Source: Octopus bimaculoides
Taxonomy: Eukaryota
DNA: 64,000 nucleotides
NCBI RefSeq assembly: GCF_001194135.2
Contig: NC_068985.1
Location: 54,223,656 to 54,287,655 of the forward strand
Direction: 5' to 3'
Part shown: positions 62,791-64,000 of the stretch, piece after piece
How the letters are laid out: the number at the start of each line of letters is the position of its first letter
Position numbering within the stretch: the first letter of the stretch is position 1
The notes under the pieces: generated by a model
Database searches by the model: none
What the model was told of the DNA's origin: nothing
The model's input: the letters and a program-made list of their open reading frames with translations, nothing else
Position numbers and translations under genes: made by a program

Positions 62791-64000
62791 AAGCACCCAG
62801 CACAATCTGTGAAGCGATAGATGTTAAGAAGGGCATCAAACCAAGAAGATTCTGGAGTGAAATGTTGTCCTCCAGCTTGCTGGATCTTGTCAAACCATCC
62901 AAACCATGGCAGCATGTATGTTCAATTATGATCAACCTCCATACAGTTTCTTTCGACCAAATTCACTCACAAAGCATTGCTTAGCCCTGGGCAATAGTTG
63001 AAGGCTACATAGTCAGAATGAACCTGAAATCACTTGGTTGTGAAACAGACCATATAGGCCATGTCTGCCTGCAAACACTAACACACACACACTCTCTCTC
63101 TCTCTCTAGGCATGGGTGTGTGGTTGAGAAGTTTACTCCCCAACCATGTAGTCTTGGGTTGATTTCCACTGTGGCACTTTGGGTGAATGTCTTCTCCTAT
63201 AGCTTCAAGCCAATCTAAGCTTTGTGAGTGGATCTCGTAGATGGAAATGGAAAGATGCTTACTGTGGGTATGTGTGTATATATCACCATCATTTAATGTC
63301 CATTTTCCATGTTTGTATGGGTTGGGTTGTTTGAGAGAAGCTGACCTGCTCAAGAGCTACCCAGGCTCCAATTATCGGTTTTGGCATGGTTTCTAGGGCT
63401 GGATGCCCTTCCTAATGACCAACCAACCAACCAACCACTTTACAGAATGCACTGGGTGCTTTTACATGGCAACCAGCATGGATGTTTTTTATGTGGCACC
63501 AGCACAGGTGCTTTTTATATGGCATACTTGTATTTGTCCCCAACCTTTGCATGACAACCAGCATAGGTAGTTCAGCAAAAGAAACCAATAGGATAAGTAC
63601 CAGTCTTTAAAAAATAAGTACTGAAATCGAGTTGTTTGACTAAACTCCTCAAGGCAGTGCCCCAGCATAGCTGCAGTCCAAAGGACTGAAATGAATAACA
63701 GATGCATGAGATGTATATGTATATAAATATGCAGAAGGAGTAATATATTTAACTCATAGATAAAAGTATCAAAGGTTACTGTTAGCAAAATTACTGGGTC
63801 CTAAACTTCTCCTTTAATTAAACATTAGCTGTTTGTAAAAATCAAAAGCCCATGTATTGTTATATCCTTTACTTAATGCTATCAGCTAGCTGTTGTTATC
63901 AAAAAGGCTTCATTCTATAGTTATTACAATAAGCAGTTTCCACTAGGTGTACTAATAAATAAAATCAAGAACTCATAAGGTCTATTCCTAAAAAAAAATG

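Overview
AT-rich, microsatellite-dense animal genomic DNA with five N-gaps. The repeat families suggest an octopus (coleoid cephalopod); this is an inference, not verified. The only host coding sequence I can support is one 58-nt minus-strand exon (52163-52220) encoding the C-terminal half of a PDZ domain that resembles PDZ-RhoGEF/LARG (ARHGEF11/12, RhoGEF2). The window is therefore probably mostly intron of that gene. The rest is a mosaic of tRNA-derived SINEs (at least five head/body/tail combinations), RTE LINE fragments (one 1.7-kb copy with a PHD-like finger inside the RT), a CR1-like LINE end, a Dong/R4 fragment in a (TAA)n tract, mariner and DD37D-type transposon relics, piggyBac-like MITEs and a Helentron-type non-autonomous element. 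The most unusual signal is a set of four sequence-unrelated foldback palindromes (21.9, 26.9, 33.6 and 48.7 kb). Each carries outward-facing hammerhead-ribozyme-like cores, and one also carries a Penelope-like GIY-YIG C-terminus. There are also two short (209 and 248 bp) local duplications 1.6-1.8 kb from their donors. No prokaryotic features, CRISPR arrays, rRNA or genuine tRNA genes were found. Coordinates were read by eye; old repeat boundaries are approximate.
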